The translations under genes were made by a program, and so were the position numbers. Below are positions 46,550-56,262 of a stretch of DNA of 64,000 nucleotides, piece by piece. The notes below the pieces were generated by a model. The model had not been told where the DNA came from and searched no databases. It was given only the letters and a program-made list of their open reading frames with translations. Numbering within the stretch: the stretch's first letter is position 1; every line of letters begins with the position of its first letter. The stretch is from Nitrososphaerota archaeon (lineage in GTDB: Archaea > Thermoproteota > Nitrososphaeria_A > Caldarchaeales > Calditenuaceae): NCBI GenBank assembly GCA_033581555.1, contig JAVQSZ010000004.1, positions 32,001 to 96,000 on the forward strand, given 5' to 3'.

Positions 46550-47643
46550 AGCGATGCGCTGCTTAGGGCCTTCGGGAGCTTAGTCGTGTTCTCGTAACCC
46601 GTCGATCCCAGAACCACGTCGTCCTCCAGCCTCACTCCGAATTTCCCGGGCAAGTATATTCCGGGCTCGATCGTAAATATCATTCCAGACACCAGCGGAG
46701 ATTTGTCGCCCTCGACTATGTACGGCGCCTCGTGGACCTCGACCCCGAGCCCGTGGCCGGTGCGGTGTATGAAGAACGAAGCGTAACCCTCATGCGCAAT
46801 GACCGACCTCGCGGCCCTGTCGACCTCCTCAGCAGAAACTCCAACGGCTATCGCGTCCAAGGCCCGCTGCTGCGCCTCCAACACGACGCTGAAGACGCGC
46901 TCCTGCTCCGGGTCTGGTCTATCTAGCACAAAGGTCCTAGTGAAGTCGGCGTAGTAGCCCCTGTAACAGACCGAGGCGTCGAAGACTATCGCGTCGCCCT
47001 CACGGATCCTCCTCGACGTGGGCTCGAGGTGTGGGTTCGCGCCGTTCGGTCCGGACTGGATCAGGCAGTAAACGCTCTCGGCTCCCAAGTCGTAGCAACG
47101 ACGGAGGAACGTGGTCATCGCGTCCCTCTCAGTCATCCCGGGCCTGAACTCCGCCATCGTCTCGAGCATCGCCTCCTCCAAGACGCGGGCGGCCATCACG
47201 TGTCTGACGACCTCATCGGGGTCCTTCGGAAGCCTCATGCTGACGATAACGTGGTCGACTATGTCGAACTTCAGTCCCGGAGCCCTTTGCACGAGGTTCC
47301 TGTAAAGCCACACCGGCGTCCTCGACTCCACGCCGATCACCCCCGAGAGTCCGGAGAGCAGTCTCTCCACGAAGCCCCAGGGTCCCGTCCCGTCGCCGTA
47401 GGGGAGGACCTCACAGTAGCGTCCTATCGCCTCCTCGACCCTGTCCCTGTCGAGCTGTGGGACGACCATAACCGGCTCCCGGTCGAACCCGGCAAGGAGG
47501 AACGCGGGCCTCTCGAAGACCTCCAGCGTGAAGTCGAGGAGGTACCTCATGTTTGGGCCGGGCACGACTATCGCACCATCGAAACCGGACGCCCTGCAGA
47601 GCTCGAGGAACCTCTTCAGCCTCGAATCGACGCGGACCGGCAC
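46546..47643 (-). CDS. pepQ: Xaa-Pro peptidase (M24)
   Basis: PH, GYYADFTRT, HRTGHGLGVEVHEAP, TIEPGIY and GVRLEDD. Confidence 0.9.
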   Translation of the reverse strand: MPVRVDSRLKRFLELCRASGFDGAIVVPGPNMRYLLDFTLEVFERPAFLLAGFDREPVMVVPQLDRDRVEEAIGRYCEVLPYGDGTGPWGFVERLLSGLSGVIGVESRTPVWLYRNLVQRAPGLKFDIVDHVIVSMRLPKDPDEVVRHVMAARVLEEAMLETMAEFRPGMTERDAMTTFLRRCYDLGAESVYCLIQSGPNGANPHLEPTSRRIREGDAIVFDASVCYRGYYADFTRTFVLDRPDPEQERVFSVVLEAQQRALDAIAVGVSAEEVDRAARSVIAHEGYASFFIHRTGHGLGVEVHEAPYIVEGDKSPLVSGMIFTIEPGIYLPGKFGVRLEDDVVLGSTGYENTTKLPKALSSASL

Positions 47644-47782
47644 GCTCCGAATATGCGCCGGTGGGACTTAAGGTGAGAGGTCTCGCCGTCGATCAGGGCG
47701 CAACGCGATGCTCCTCTGACCCTCAGCGGATGCTGGGAGGAGCCGGAAAGCCAAAATACTGAACGTCATCGCTCAGCGGAGG

Positions 47783-48751
47783 ATGGGCGCGGATCCGCTC
47801 CTCACGGTGAAGGGCCTAAAGACCTACTTCTACACCTCGATGGGCGTCGTGAAGGCCGTCGACGGCGTCAGCCTGAGGGTGGGGAGGGGGTCCGCTGTCG
47901 GGATAATCGGGGAGTCGGGCTCGGGGAAGACGATGACCGGACTCTCGATCCTCAGGCTCGTGCCATATCCCGGCCGCATAGTCGCGGGTGAGGTCCTCTT
48001 GGACGGGGTAGACTTGCTCAAGCTCAGCGAGGAGGAGATGAGGAGGATAAGGGGGAAGAGGATCTCGATCGTCTTCCAGGACGCGCTCACCAGCCTGAAC
48101 CCCGTGTTGACGGTCGGCGAGCAGCTGGCCGAGCCCCTGATGACCCACCTCGGCCTCAGTAGGAAGGAGGCCTATGAGCGTGCCACGGAGATACTCAAAA
48201 GGGTCGGGATACCGGACGCGAGCAGGAGGCTCACCAACTACCCTCATCAGTTCAGCGGCGGCATGAGGCAGCGCGTCCTGATAGGCATGGCGATCTCTTG
48301 CAACCCGGAGCTCCTGATCGCGGACGAGCCCACGACGGCCCTCGACGTGACCACTCAGAAGCAGATCATGGACCTATTCAGGGAGCTGATGGAGAGGATG
48401 AAGATGACGCTTCTGCTGATCACTCACGACATAGGCGTGGCCGCAGAGGTGTGCGACTACATCTACGTGATGTACGCGGGCCAGATCGTCGAGGGCGGAC
48501 CGACTGAACAGATCATCTCGGACCCTAAGCATCCGTACACGAGAGGGCTGATAGAGTCGATCCCGAGGGGCTTCAAGACGGAGGCGAGGGCCAAGCCGAT
48601 CAGTGGGACGGTGCCCTCGCTCCTCAACCTACCTACCGGGTGCAGGTTCCATCCCCGCTGTCCTCTCGCGATGGAGAAGTGCAGGAGGGAGGAGCCCGAT
48701 CTCATAGAGCTCGGGGACGGAAGGAGCGTGAGGTGTCTGCTGTATGAGTGA
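47783..48751 (+). CDS. oppD: Oligopeptide ABC transporter ATPase (OppD/DppD)
   Basis: GESGSGKT, YPHQFSGGMRQR, IADEPTTALD and GCRFHPRC. Confidence 0.93.
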   Translation: MGADPLLTVKGLKTYFYTSMGVVKAVDGVSLRVGRGSAVGIIGESGSGKTMTGLSILRLVPYPGRIVAGEVLLDGVDLLKLSEEEMRRIRGKRISIVFQDALTSLNPVLTVGEQLAEPLMTHLGLSRKEAYERATEILKRVGIPDASRRLTNYPHQFSGGMRQRVLIGMAISCNPELLIADEPTTALDVTTQKQIMDLFRELMERMKMTLLLITHDIGVAAEVCDYIYVMYAGQIVEGGPTEQIISDPKHPYTRGLIESIPRGFKTEARAKPISGTVPSLLNLPTGCRFHPRCPLAMEKCRREEPDLIELGDGRSVRCLLYE

Positions 48752-49709
48752 CGGCGAGCTCCTGATCCGGCTTGAGGACGTGAGGAAGTACTTCCCTGTC
48801 TACAGGGGGATCCTGAGGAGGAAGGTCGGGGAGGTCAAGGCCGTCGACGGCGTCTCGCTCGGTGTGAGGGCAGGGGAGGTCTTCTCCGTCGTCGGGGAGT
48901 CGGGGAGCGGGAAGACCACCCTCGGGAGGATCGCCTGCGGCCTCATCGAACCGGACAGCGGCTCGGTCTACCTCAGGGACACCCCCCTGAGCGAGCTGAA
49001 CGGCCGGAACGCGGCCCATGTCAGGAGGCGGCTCCAGATAATCTTCCAAGACCCGGACTCATCCCTTAACCCCAGGATGACCGTCGAGGCGACCCTCCGA
49101 GAGGCGCTGAGGGCCGCGGGGAAGGCCGGCACCCGCGCCGAGGCCCTAGAGCTCCTTCACATGGTGGGAATGAGGGCCGAGCACCTAGTCCGGTACCCGC
49201 ACGAGCTGAGCGGCGGCCAGAAGCAGAGGGTCTGCATTGCAAGGGCGCTTGCGGTCGACCCGGTCTTCATCGTCGCCGACGAGCCCGTATCCTCCCTCGA
49301 CGTCTCGATCAGGACGTCCATCCTGAACCTGATGCTGGACCTCCAGAGGAGTCTGAACCTCACTTACCTCTTCATCTCGCACGACATGGCGGTGACGAAG
49401 TACGTGGCCGACAGCGTCGCGGTGATGTACTTGGGGAAGATCTGCGAGATGGCACCGGCAAGCGCGTTCTTCAGCAACCCACTCCACCCCTACTCGAGGG
49501 CGCTGCTCTCATCGGTCCCGCAGTTCTACAACCTATGGTCCGGGGAGCACGTGAAGCTCACGGGAGACCCTCCGTCCGCTATGAGCCCGCCTCAGGGGTG
49601 CAGGTTCCACACGCGTTGCCCCTACGCGTTCGAGAGGTGCAGGGTAGAGGAGCCGAAGCTGATCGAGGCCGCTCCGGGTCACTTCGTCGCGTGTCACCTT
49701 TACGGCTAG
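48744..49709 (+). CDS. oppF: Oligopeptide ABC transporter ATPase (OppF/DppF)
   Basis: GESGSGKTT, YPHELSGGQKQR, DEPVSSLDVS and VACHLY. Confidence 0.93.
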   Translation: MSDGELLIRLEDVRKYFPVYRGILRRKVGEVKAVDGVSLGVRAGEVFSVVGESGSGKTTLGRIACGLIEPDSGSVYLRDTPLSELNGRNAAHVRRRLQIIFQDPDSSLNPRMTVEATLREALRAAGKAGTRAEALELLHMVGMRAEHLVRYPHELSGGQKQRVCIARALAVDPVFIVADEPVSSLDVSIRTSILNLMLDLQRSLNLTYLFISHDMAVTKYVADSVAVMYLGKICEMAPASAFFSNPLHPYSRALLSSVPQFYNLWSGEHVKLTGDPPSAMSPPQGCRFHTRCPYAFERCRVEEPKLIEAAPGHFVACHLYG

Positions 49710-50605
49710 AGGAGCCTCATCCTAGGGTCGAGGGCGTCTCGGAGTCCGTCACCTATTAGGTTGAAGGAGAGGACGGTCAGGAAGATCGCGAGGCCCGGAG
49801 CCAACACGAGGTGCTGCTGCGAGAAGATGTAGAGGTAGTACTCCCCGAGCATCTGGCCCCACTCCGGCGTCGGCGGCTGTACCCCCACACCTAGGAACCC
49901 GAGTCCCGCAGCAACCAGTATCGCGGTCCCCATGTATAGCGTGGCCTGAACGATCACCGGCGAGAGCGCGTTGGGGAGGACGTGCCTGAACATGATCACG
50001 TAGCTGGGTAGCTGAAGGGCCCTCGCCGCCTCGACGTAGTGCATCTCCCTTATCGTCAGGACCGAGGCCCTCACGAGCCTCGTGAAGACCGGGATCGCTG
50101 TCACGCCGACCGAGATGATCACGTTCTGAAGTCCGACCCCGAGCATCGCGACCAGTGATAAGGCCAAGAGGAAGGTCGGGAAGGAGAGCAGGACGTCGGT
50201 GACCCTCTGGACCACCATGTCAACCCACCTCGAGAAGTACCCGGAGAGTAGTCCGAGGACGACCCCGATCGCCGCCCCGAAGGAGACTGCCGCGAGCCCC
50301 ACTAGAAGGGACATCCTGCTCCCGTAAAGGATCCTTGAGAGGACGTCCCTCCCCAACTGATCCGTCCCAAGCGGGTGCTGCGGGCTCGGAGGCCTCAACG
50401 CGTTAGCGAGGTCCTGCTTGATCGGGTCGTGTGGGTAGTAGTCGGCGAGCAGGGCGCTAGCGACGAACCCCATGAGTATCATCAGTCCCGCGACTGCGGC
50501 CCTGTTCCTCCTATACCTCCTCCAGAACTCCCCGAGGAGAGCGAACCTCGTCCTCTCCTCGACGCCCTCGAGCTCCCTGAGCAGCTCGGCCTCCTGGCTA
50601 GTCAT
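49706..50605 (-). CDS. oppC: Oligopeptide ABC permease (OppC/DppC)
   Basis: HPLGTDQLGRD, YVEAARA, HVLPN and GDGLRDALDPR. Confidence 0.93.
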   Translation of the reverse strand: MTSQEAELLRELEGVEERTRFALLGEFWRRYRRNRAAVAGLMILMGFVASALLADYYPHDPIKQDLANALRPPSPQHPLGTDQLGRDVLSRILYGSRMSLLVGLAAVSFGAAIGVVLGLLSGYFSRWVDMVVQRVTDVLLSFPTFLLALSLVAMLGVGLQNVIISVGVTAIPVFTRLVRASVLTIREMHYVEAARALQLPSYVIMFRHVLPNALSPVIVQATLYMGTAILVAAGLGFLGVGVQPPTPEWGQMLGEYYLYIFSQQHLVLAPGLAIFLTVLSFNLIGDGLRDALDPRMRLL

Positions 50606-51527
50606 ATCTGATCCGCGGGTCTATGTAGGAATAAATTATGTCTACGATTATGTTGATCACTATGAAGATCGTCGCGGTCATCAGGACAACGCCCTGAATC
50701 ACCGGGTAGTCCCTCGCCATCAGCGACTCGTAGAGCAGCCTTCCGATGCCCGGCCACGCGAAGACCGTCTCTGTCAGGACTGCTCCCCCGAGCAGGTTCC
50801 CGAACTGGAGGCCCACTACGGTGACGACAGGGATCAGCGCGTTCCTGAGGGCGTGCTTGTAGACCACCGTCCTCTCCTCGAGCCCCTTCGACCTAGCTGT
50901 CCGGACGTAGTCCTGGCTCATCGCCTCGATCATGCTAGACCTGGTCATCCTGACTATGAGCGCGGAGGAGAAGAGCGCGAGCGTCAGGGCCGGAAGGACA
51001 ACGCTCTCGGGCCTCTCGGCCCCCGCAGCGGGAAGGAGGCGGAGGTTCACCGCGAAGACCAGGATGAGTATGATCCCGAGCCAGTAGACGGGCATCGAGA
51101 CACCGAAGAGCGAGGCAGTCGTTATTGCGTAGTCCGCCTTAGTGTAACGGTGCCTGGCAGAGAAGACGCCGACCAGAACCCCTATGATTATCGCGATGGC
51201 CATCGCGGCGAGCGTGAGAGCGAATGTGTAGGGAAGGCGCGACGCTATCTCCACGATGACCGGGTTCCCCGTCCTCGCGGAGGTCCCCAGATCGCCTCTG
51301 ATCAGGTTTGAGAGGAAGATGAAGTACTGCTCGTGTATGGGTTTGTCGAGCCCCAGGAACACCCGGATCCTCTGAACCTCCTCCTCGCTCGCTAGTAGAC
51401 CTGCGATCACCCTCGCGGGATCGCCGGGAAGGAGCCTGACCATTAGGAAGACTATGAGCGAGACGCCGAAAAAAGTGGGGATCGAAATCAGGACTCTCCT
51501 AACGACGTAGTTGAGGAGTCCACCCAC
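50598..51527 (-). CDS. oppB: Oligopeptide ABC permease (OppB/DppB)
   Basis: PGDPA, GDLGTS, YVRTARSKG, HALRNA, ETVFAWPGIG and DPRIR. Confidence 0.93.
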   Translation of the reverse strand: MGGLLNYVVRRVLISIPTFFGVSLIVFLMVRLLPGDPARVIAGLLASEEEVQRIRVFLGLDKPIHEQYFIFLSNLIRGDLGTSARTGNPVIVEIASRLPYTFALTLAAMAIAIIIGVLVGVFSARHRYTKADYAITTASLFGVSMPVYWLGIILILVFAVNLRLLPAAGAERPESVVLPALTLALFSSALIVRMTRSSMIEAMSQDYVRTARSKGLEERTVVYKHALRNALIPVVTVVGLQFGNLLGGAVLTETVFAWPGIGRLLYESLMARDYPVIQGVVLMTATIFIVINIIVDIIYSYIDPRIRYD

Positions 51528-51534
51528 TTTCGGA

Positions 51535-53133
51535 TCACGCCGGCTCAGCGTTCACTATGACGAACTTCTCGTTCGGCAGGTAGGACACCCCTTTGATCTT
51601 CGCTGAGTAAGCAATGGGGAAGGTCTGCGACCAGAGGAATATGAGCGGAGCGTCGTCCCAGACGATCTTAGCTATCTCGCAGAGGACCTTCGCCCTCTCA
51701 GCGGGTTCGGTGATCCCCCTTTGCCGCTCGAACAGCTCATCGACCCGCGGGTTCTTGTAATACGAGGTGGCTAAGCCAGCCGGCGGCCAGTACTTCGACC
51801 AGAATATCAGGAACATGTAGTCACCGTCAAGGTATGGCGGCGCCCACCCGAGGAAGTGGAGGTGATGGGTGACCTTGTCCGGGGGCCTGTTGATCGTCGC
51901 GATGTACGTCGGCCAGTCCATGGTCCGCATCTCGACATCGAAGCCGACCTCCCTCAGGTATCCGGCTATCGCCTGAGACGCAACCGCGTCGTTGATGTAC
52001 CTGCCGGTCGGATAGAGGAAGAGGATCTTCGTGCCCGGCATAACTCCCGCTTGTCTGAGCAGTTCCCGCGCCTTAGCGGGGTCATAGGGGTATTGTCCTA
52101 CGGGACAGTAACCGAAGAGGCTCTTGTGCATCGGGGCATCGACAGGGTCGACGACACCGAACATCACGTTCTTGATGATTGCCTCCTTATCGATCGCGTA
52201 GTTCAGGGCCTGACGCACCCGCTTGTCGTTGAAGGGTTCTACCTGGTTGTTGATCGACACGAACATCAGTCGGTCGCTTGGTGCGAGCAGCACTCTGAAG
52301 TTCGGGTTGGCCTTCAATCTCTCTATCTCCGCAACAGGTGGGAGCATTATCACGTCTACTTCCCCTGCCAACAGCAGAGAAAGTCTAGTTGCTGCGTCAG
52401 GGACTATTCTGAAGACGATTTGGTCGTAATAGGGCTTCTTCCCCCAGTAATCGGGAGCCCTCTTGAGGACCAGCCTGTCACCTCGCACGTACTCGCTTAT
52501 GACGTAGGGTCCCGTTCCTATCGGTCTGGTGACGTGCGTGTAGTTGTTCCCTGCCGTCTCGACAGTCTTGGGCGAGATGATCGCTGACGTCGTGAAGGTT
52601 AAGGCGTTTATCAGCGGTGCGAAGGGGTGTTTCAGGACGAGCCTGACGGTGTAATCGTCGACGACCTCAACGCGCTCGATGGCTATGTAGGGGGCCCTAA
52701 CCGGTACCCTGACCTTTGGGTCGAGGACCCTGTCCAGAGAGAACTTGACCGCTTGAGCGTTGAGGGGTGTGCCGTCGTGGAACTTGACGCCGGTCCTCAG
52801 CTTGATGATCACAGTCTTGCCGCCGTCCTCGTACCTGTACTCGGTCGCGAGGTTCGGCAAGACTTCTCCCTTCTCGTTTATCGTGAAGAGCGTCTCCACG
52901 ACGTGGTCGAGCATGTTGGCGACGGTCGTCGTGGTCTGGCCAGCTGGGTCGAACGTGTCGAGGTCGATGCTCACGGCCATCCTCAGGACCTTGGGAGCCG
53001 GGGGCTGCGCTGGCTGGAGGAGGAAGAACCCGGCGACCAGAGCGGCTACAACGACTACCGCGCCCAGAATCAAGAGGTATCGACTCATTCCCATCTGACC
53101 TCTCCTCGGACTCACGGGTCCCCCCTTATTCAA
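51535..53133 (-). CDS. oppA: Peptide ABC substrate-binding protein (family 5), TM-anchored
   Basis: LRTGVKFHDGTP, PIGTGPY, VRQALNYAID and YDPAKARELL. Start may be ~13 codons downstream. Confidence 0.92.
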   Translation of the reverse strand: MNKGGPVSPRRGQMGMSRYLLILGAVVVVAALVAGFFLLQPAQPPAPKVLRMAVSIDLDTFDPAGQTTTTVANMLDHVVETLFTINEKGEVLPNLATEYRYEDGGKTVIIKLRTGVKFHDGTPLNAQAVKFSLDRVLDPKVRVPVRAPYIAIERVEVVDDYTVRLVLKHPFAPLINALTFTTSAIISPKTVETAGNNYTHVTRPIGTGPYVISEYVRGDRLVLKRAPDYWGKKPYYDQIVFRIVPDAATRLSLLLAGEVDVIMLPPVAEIERLKANPNFRVLLAPSDRLMFVSINNQVEPFNDKRVRQALNYAIDKEAIIKNVMFGVVDPVDAPMHKSLFGYCPVGQYPYDPAKARELLRQAGVMPGTKILFLYPTGRYINDAVASQAIAGYLREVGFDVEMRTMDWPTYIATINRPPDKVTHHLHFLGWAPPYLDGDYMFLIFWSKYWPPAGLATSYYKNPRVDELFERQRGITEPAERAKVLCEIAKIVWDDAPLIFLWSQTFPIAYSAKIKGVSYLPNEKFVIVNAEPA

Positions 53134-53226
53134 TAATCATAAAAGGTTTTTGGTTTTTGGGGGAAACCATTTATGAGTCGCCAAAATTGAAAATGTCGAT
53201 ATTCTGCTTCGGTAGAAGTTTGAGCG

Positions 53227-54279
53227 ATGAACCCACCCGTGATCGACCTGCACGAGGACATCTCGCTCTATTACATGCTCGCGGGGCACGGCCTGAGGTT
53301 CGGTCCCGCGGACTTCGACGCCGACTTGCCGGGAAGGCACGGCGACATTCCGAAGTACAGGAGGGCGAACGTGCGGCTCGTCTTCGCGGCGATCGCGTTC
53401 GTGGTGCCGACGGTCAGCGGGTACAGGTCTGCGCAGCTGACGGACGGCTATGGGATGAGGTTCGGGACCTACAGGGTCAGGGCTCCCCTCTCCGTCGCGC
53501 TTGAGCACGTCAGGGTCTACTACAGCCTCCTCTCGAGGCACGGCCGCGACCTGGGACTCGTCAGGCGGCCGGAGGACGCGAAGGAGGTCGAAAGGGGCGA
53601 CGGGAGGACTTGGTTCCTGATGGCCCTCGAGGGCGCCGAGCCGCTGGAGGACGTCGAGGACCTCGACCTCTTCTACGCGTTGGGGCTTAGGTCCCTCCAG
53701 CTGACCTGGAACTTCGACAACAAGTACGCGGCGTCGTGCATGTCGAAGAGAGATTACGGCCTGACGGGCGACGGTGCCGAGCTGGTAAGGAGGTGCAACG
53801 AGTTGGGGGTCATCTTGGACCTCGCTCACGCGAGCAGGAGAACTGCGTTGGAGGTCCTCGAGACATCGGAGTTCCCGGCCGTGATAAGCCACGCGAACGC
53901 CTCTGCTGTTCACCAGCACAGGAGGAACGTAGACGACGAGGTCCTCGAGAAGCTGAGGAGCAACGGAGGAGTCATCGGGGTCACCCTAATAGGACCCACG
54001 ATTGGGGCGGAAGCGGACTTCAGGAGGCTCGCGGACCACGTGATGCACGTACGCAGGAGGATCGGGATCGACCACGTCGCGCTCGGCACGGACTACTTCG
54101 GGCTGCTGAACATGCGGGAGCCGGATGGCCTCGAGGACGTTACCAAGCTCGAGAACCTCTGGAGAGAGCTGCGATCGAGGGGCCTGAGCGAGGAGGAGGT
54201 CGAGAAGGTCGCCTTCCGGAACGCCCTCAGGGTGATCAAAGCCAACGCGGAGAGGTGGGCCGACCTCTTCGGGCGCTGA
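53227..54279 (+). CDS. Membrane dipeptidase (M19) family protein
   Basis: DLHED, LEGAEP, LTWN, DLAH, SHAN, RNVDD and LGTDY. Confidence 0.9.
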   Translation: MNPPVIDLHEDISLYYMLAGHGLRFGPADFDADLPGRHGDIPKYRRANVRLVFAAIAFVVPTVSGYRSAQLTDGYGMRFGTYRVRAPLSVALEHVRVYYSLLSRHGRDLGLVRRPEDAKEVERGDGRTWFLMALEGAEPLEDVEDLDLFYALGLRSLQLTWNFDNKYAASCMSKRDYGLTGDGAELVRRCNELGVILDLAHASRRTALEVLETSEFPAVISHANASAVHQHRRNVDDEVLEKLRSNGGVIGVTLIGPTIGAEADFRRLADHVMHVRRRIGIDHVALGTDYFGLLNMREPDGLEDVTKLENLWRELRSRGLSEEEVEKVAFRNALRVIKANAERWADLFGR

Positions 54280-54335
54280 TCTGAGGGCCGCCCCGCGTCG
54301 TCATCGGGTCCAACGGCATCTGGCTCGCGAGGGGC

Positions 54336-56111
54336 TCACTTCACCGTGACGCTCTTCGCGAGGTTCCTCGGTCTGTCGATCTCTGCGCCCCTCTCCAGTG
54401 CCAGGTAATAGGCCAGAAGCTGGAGCGGGAGGGCTTCGAGGAGGACGGCCGCGAACTTGGACTCCGTGCGGGGGAGCCTGAGGAAGTAGTCGTAGGACCT
54501 GTGGTGAACGTCGGAGATCCCGATCACCTTCGCTCCTCTTGCCCTCACCTCCATGCAGTTGGCGAGGGTGTCGTGGTAGGTCTCGTCCATGGGATTAAGA
54601 ACGACGACCGGTGTGCCCTTCTCGATCAGGGCGAGGGTTCCGTGCTTCAGCTCTCCGGCAGCGAGGCCCTCCGCGTGGACGTAGGCGAGCTCCTTCACCT
54701 TCAGGGCTCCCTCGAGTGCCAAGGGGTAGTGGATCCCCCTCCCGATCACGTAGAGGTCCTTCGCGTCCCTCAGCTCCTTAGCGATCTCCGAGATCGACTG
54801 CTCCAGTTCCAATACCTCCTCGACTGCCTCCGAGACCCTCCCCGGGTCGAAGGGCATCGGTGATCCGGAGAGCCTCAGCGCGATCCTCAGCATGGTCGCG
54901 ACCTGAGACGTGAAGCTCTTCGTCGCAGCGACTCCGACCTCTGGGCCGGCCAAGATGTTGAGGTGGAGGTCCGAGAGCCTCTCGAGGCTCGAGCCGGGCA
55001 TGTTGACGATCCCGATGATCTTAGCGCCCCTCGACTTCGCGTCCCTGACTGCCTCAAGGACGTCCGCGGTCTCGCCGCTCTGGCTCACCGCCACCACAGC
55101 GCAGTCCCCGTTGACCCACCTCGCGTGGGGGGAGTACTCGCTCGCCAGCACCGGGTGGACCTCGATCCCCGAGATCTCGGCGAAGATGTACTTCGCGACG
55201 AGGCAAGCGTGGTAACTTGTCCCCGCCGCTACCAACAGGACCCTCCTGGCGGACCTGATCGCCTCTGCGACCTCGTCGATCGGCCCCAGGTCGGCGGTCA
55301 GGGTCCTCAGGAGGGTGGTCCGCTGGTCGTGGATCTCCTTCAGCGTGTGGTGGACGTAGCCCCGCTTCTCGATGTCGGCGACCTCGATCGCTACCTTGAC
55401 GGGCTTCAGCTCGAGGGGTTCTCCGGAGATCAGCCAGGCCTCGACCCTTCCGGGCTCGATGACCGCGCAGGACTCGTTCTCGAGGAAGACCGCGTCGTCT
55501 GTGAACTCAAGGAAGCTGAGCACGTCGCTGGACGGGATGCAGGCGTCCCTCCTGTAACCGACGACCAGCGGAGGGCCGACGCGGGCCGCGAGGATCTTGT
55601 CACCCAACTGGGCGGCTATCGCGATGAACGCGAAGCTGCCCCGAAGTGACCTTACGACCCTCGTGAGGCTCTCCTTCGGGTCCGCGCCAGGCTTGCCCAG
55701 CTCCTCCTCGAGCAGGTGTGCGATCACCTCGGTGTCGGTCTCGCTGGCGAAGACGTGGCCCCTGGACTCGAGCTCGGACCTGAGGGCTTCGTGGTTCTCG
55801 ACGATCCCGTTGTGGACCACGGCGACTCGGCCGTCGCAAGAGAGGTGAGGGTGAGCGTTCCTATCGGAGACGCCACCGTGGGTCGCCCACCTCGTGTGCC
55901 CTACGCCGACGCTAGACCTGGGCGCCCCGATCTCCCCGATGGCTCCGATCAGCCCGTCGACACTCCCGGCCCTCTTCGCGACCCATATCCGGTCTCCCTG
56001 TAGGAGGGCCACCCCTGCCGAGTCGTACCCCCTGTACTCGAGCCTCTTGAGGCCCCTCAGGATCACCTCAAGGGCTTCACCCCTCCCGGTGAACCCGATG
56101 ATCCCGCACAA
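54336..56111 (-). CDS. glmS: Glutamine--fructose-6-phosphate transaminase
   Basis: MCGIIG, LEYRGYDSAG, GHTRWATHG, SQSGETAD and PRNLAKSVTV. Confidence 0.97.
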   Translation of the reverse strand: MCGIIGFTGRGEALEVILRGLKRLEYRGYDSAGVALLQGDRIWVAKRAGSVDGLIGAIGEIGAPRSSVGVGHTRWATHGGVSDRNAHPHLSCDGRVAVVHNGIVENHEALRSELESRGHVFASETDTEVIAHLLEEELGKPGADPKESLTRVVRSLRGSFAFIAIAAQLGDKILAARVGPPLVVGYRRDACIPSSDVLSFLEFTDDAVFLENESCAVIEPGRVEAWLISGEPLELKPVKVAIEVADIEKRGYVHHTLKEIHDQRTTLLRTLTADLGPIDEVAEAIRSARRVLLVAAGTSYHACLVAKYIFAEISGIEVHPVLASEYSPHARWVNGDCAVVAVSQSGETADVLEAVRDAKSRGAKIIGIVNMPGSSLERLSDLHLNILAGPEVGVAATKSFTSQVATMLRIALRLSGSPMPFDPGRVSEAVEEVLELEQSISEIAKELRDAKDLYVIGRGIHYPLALEGALKVKELAYVHAEGLAAGELKHGTLALIEKGTPVVVLNPMDETYHDTLANCMEVRARGAKVIGISDVHHRSYDYFLRLPRTESKFAAVLLEALPLQLLAYYLALERGAEIDRPRNLAKSVTVK

Positions 56112-56262
56112 GCCTCGACTACCTGACCTCGTCTCGTCCCGTCCTCGATTTAAGCTGTGAGAACCTCTAACCCGCTCGAATCGAGGTTCTATCGTTAGAA
56201 CGGTGCGTGAACCCGAGGCCGGCGCGGCTCACCTATATCACGGGCTCCGGGCGAGGATCGCC

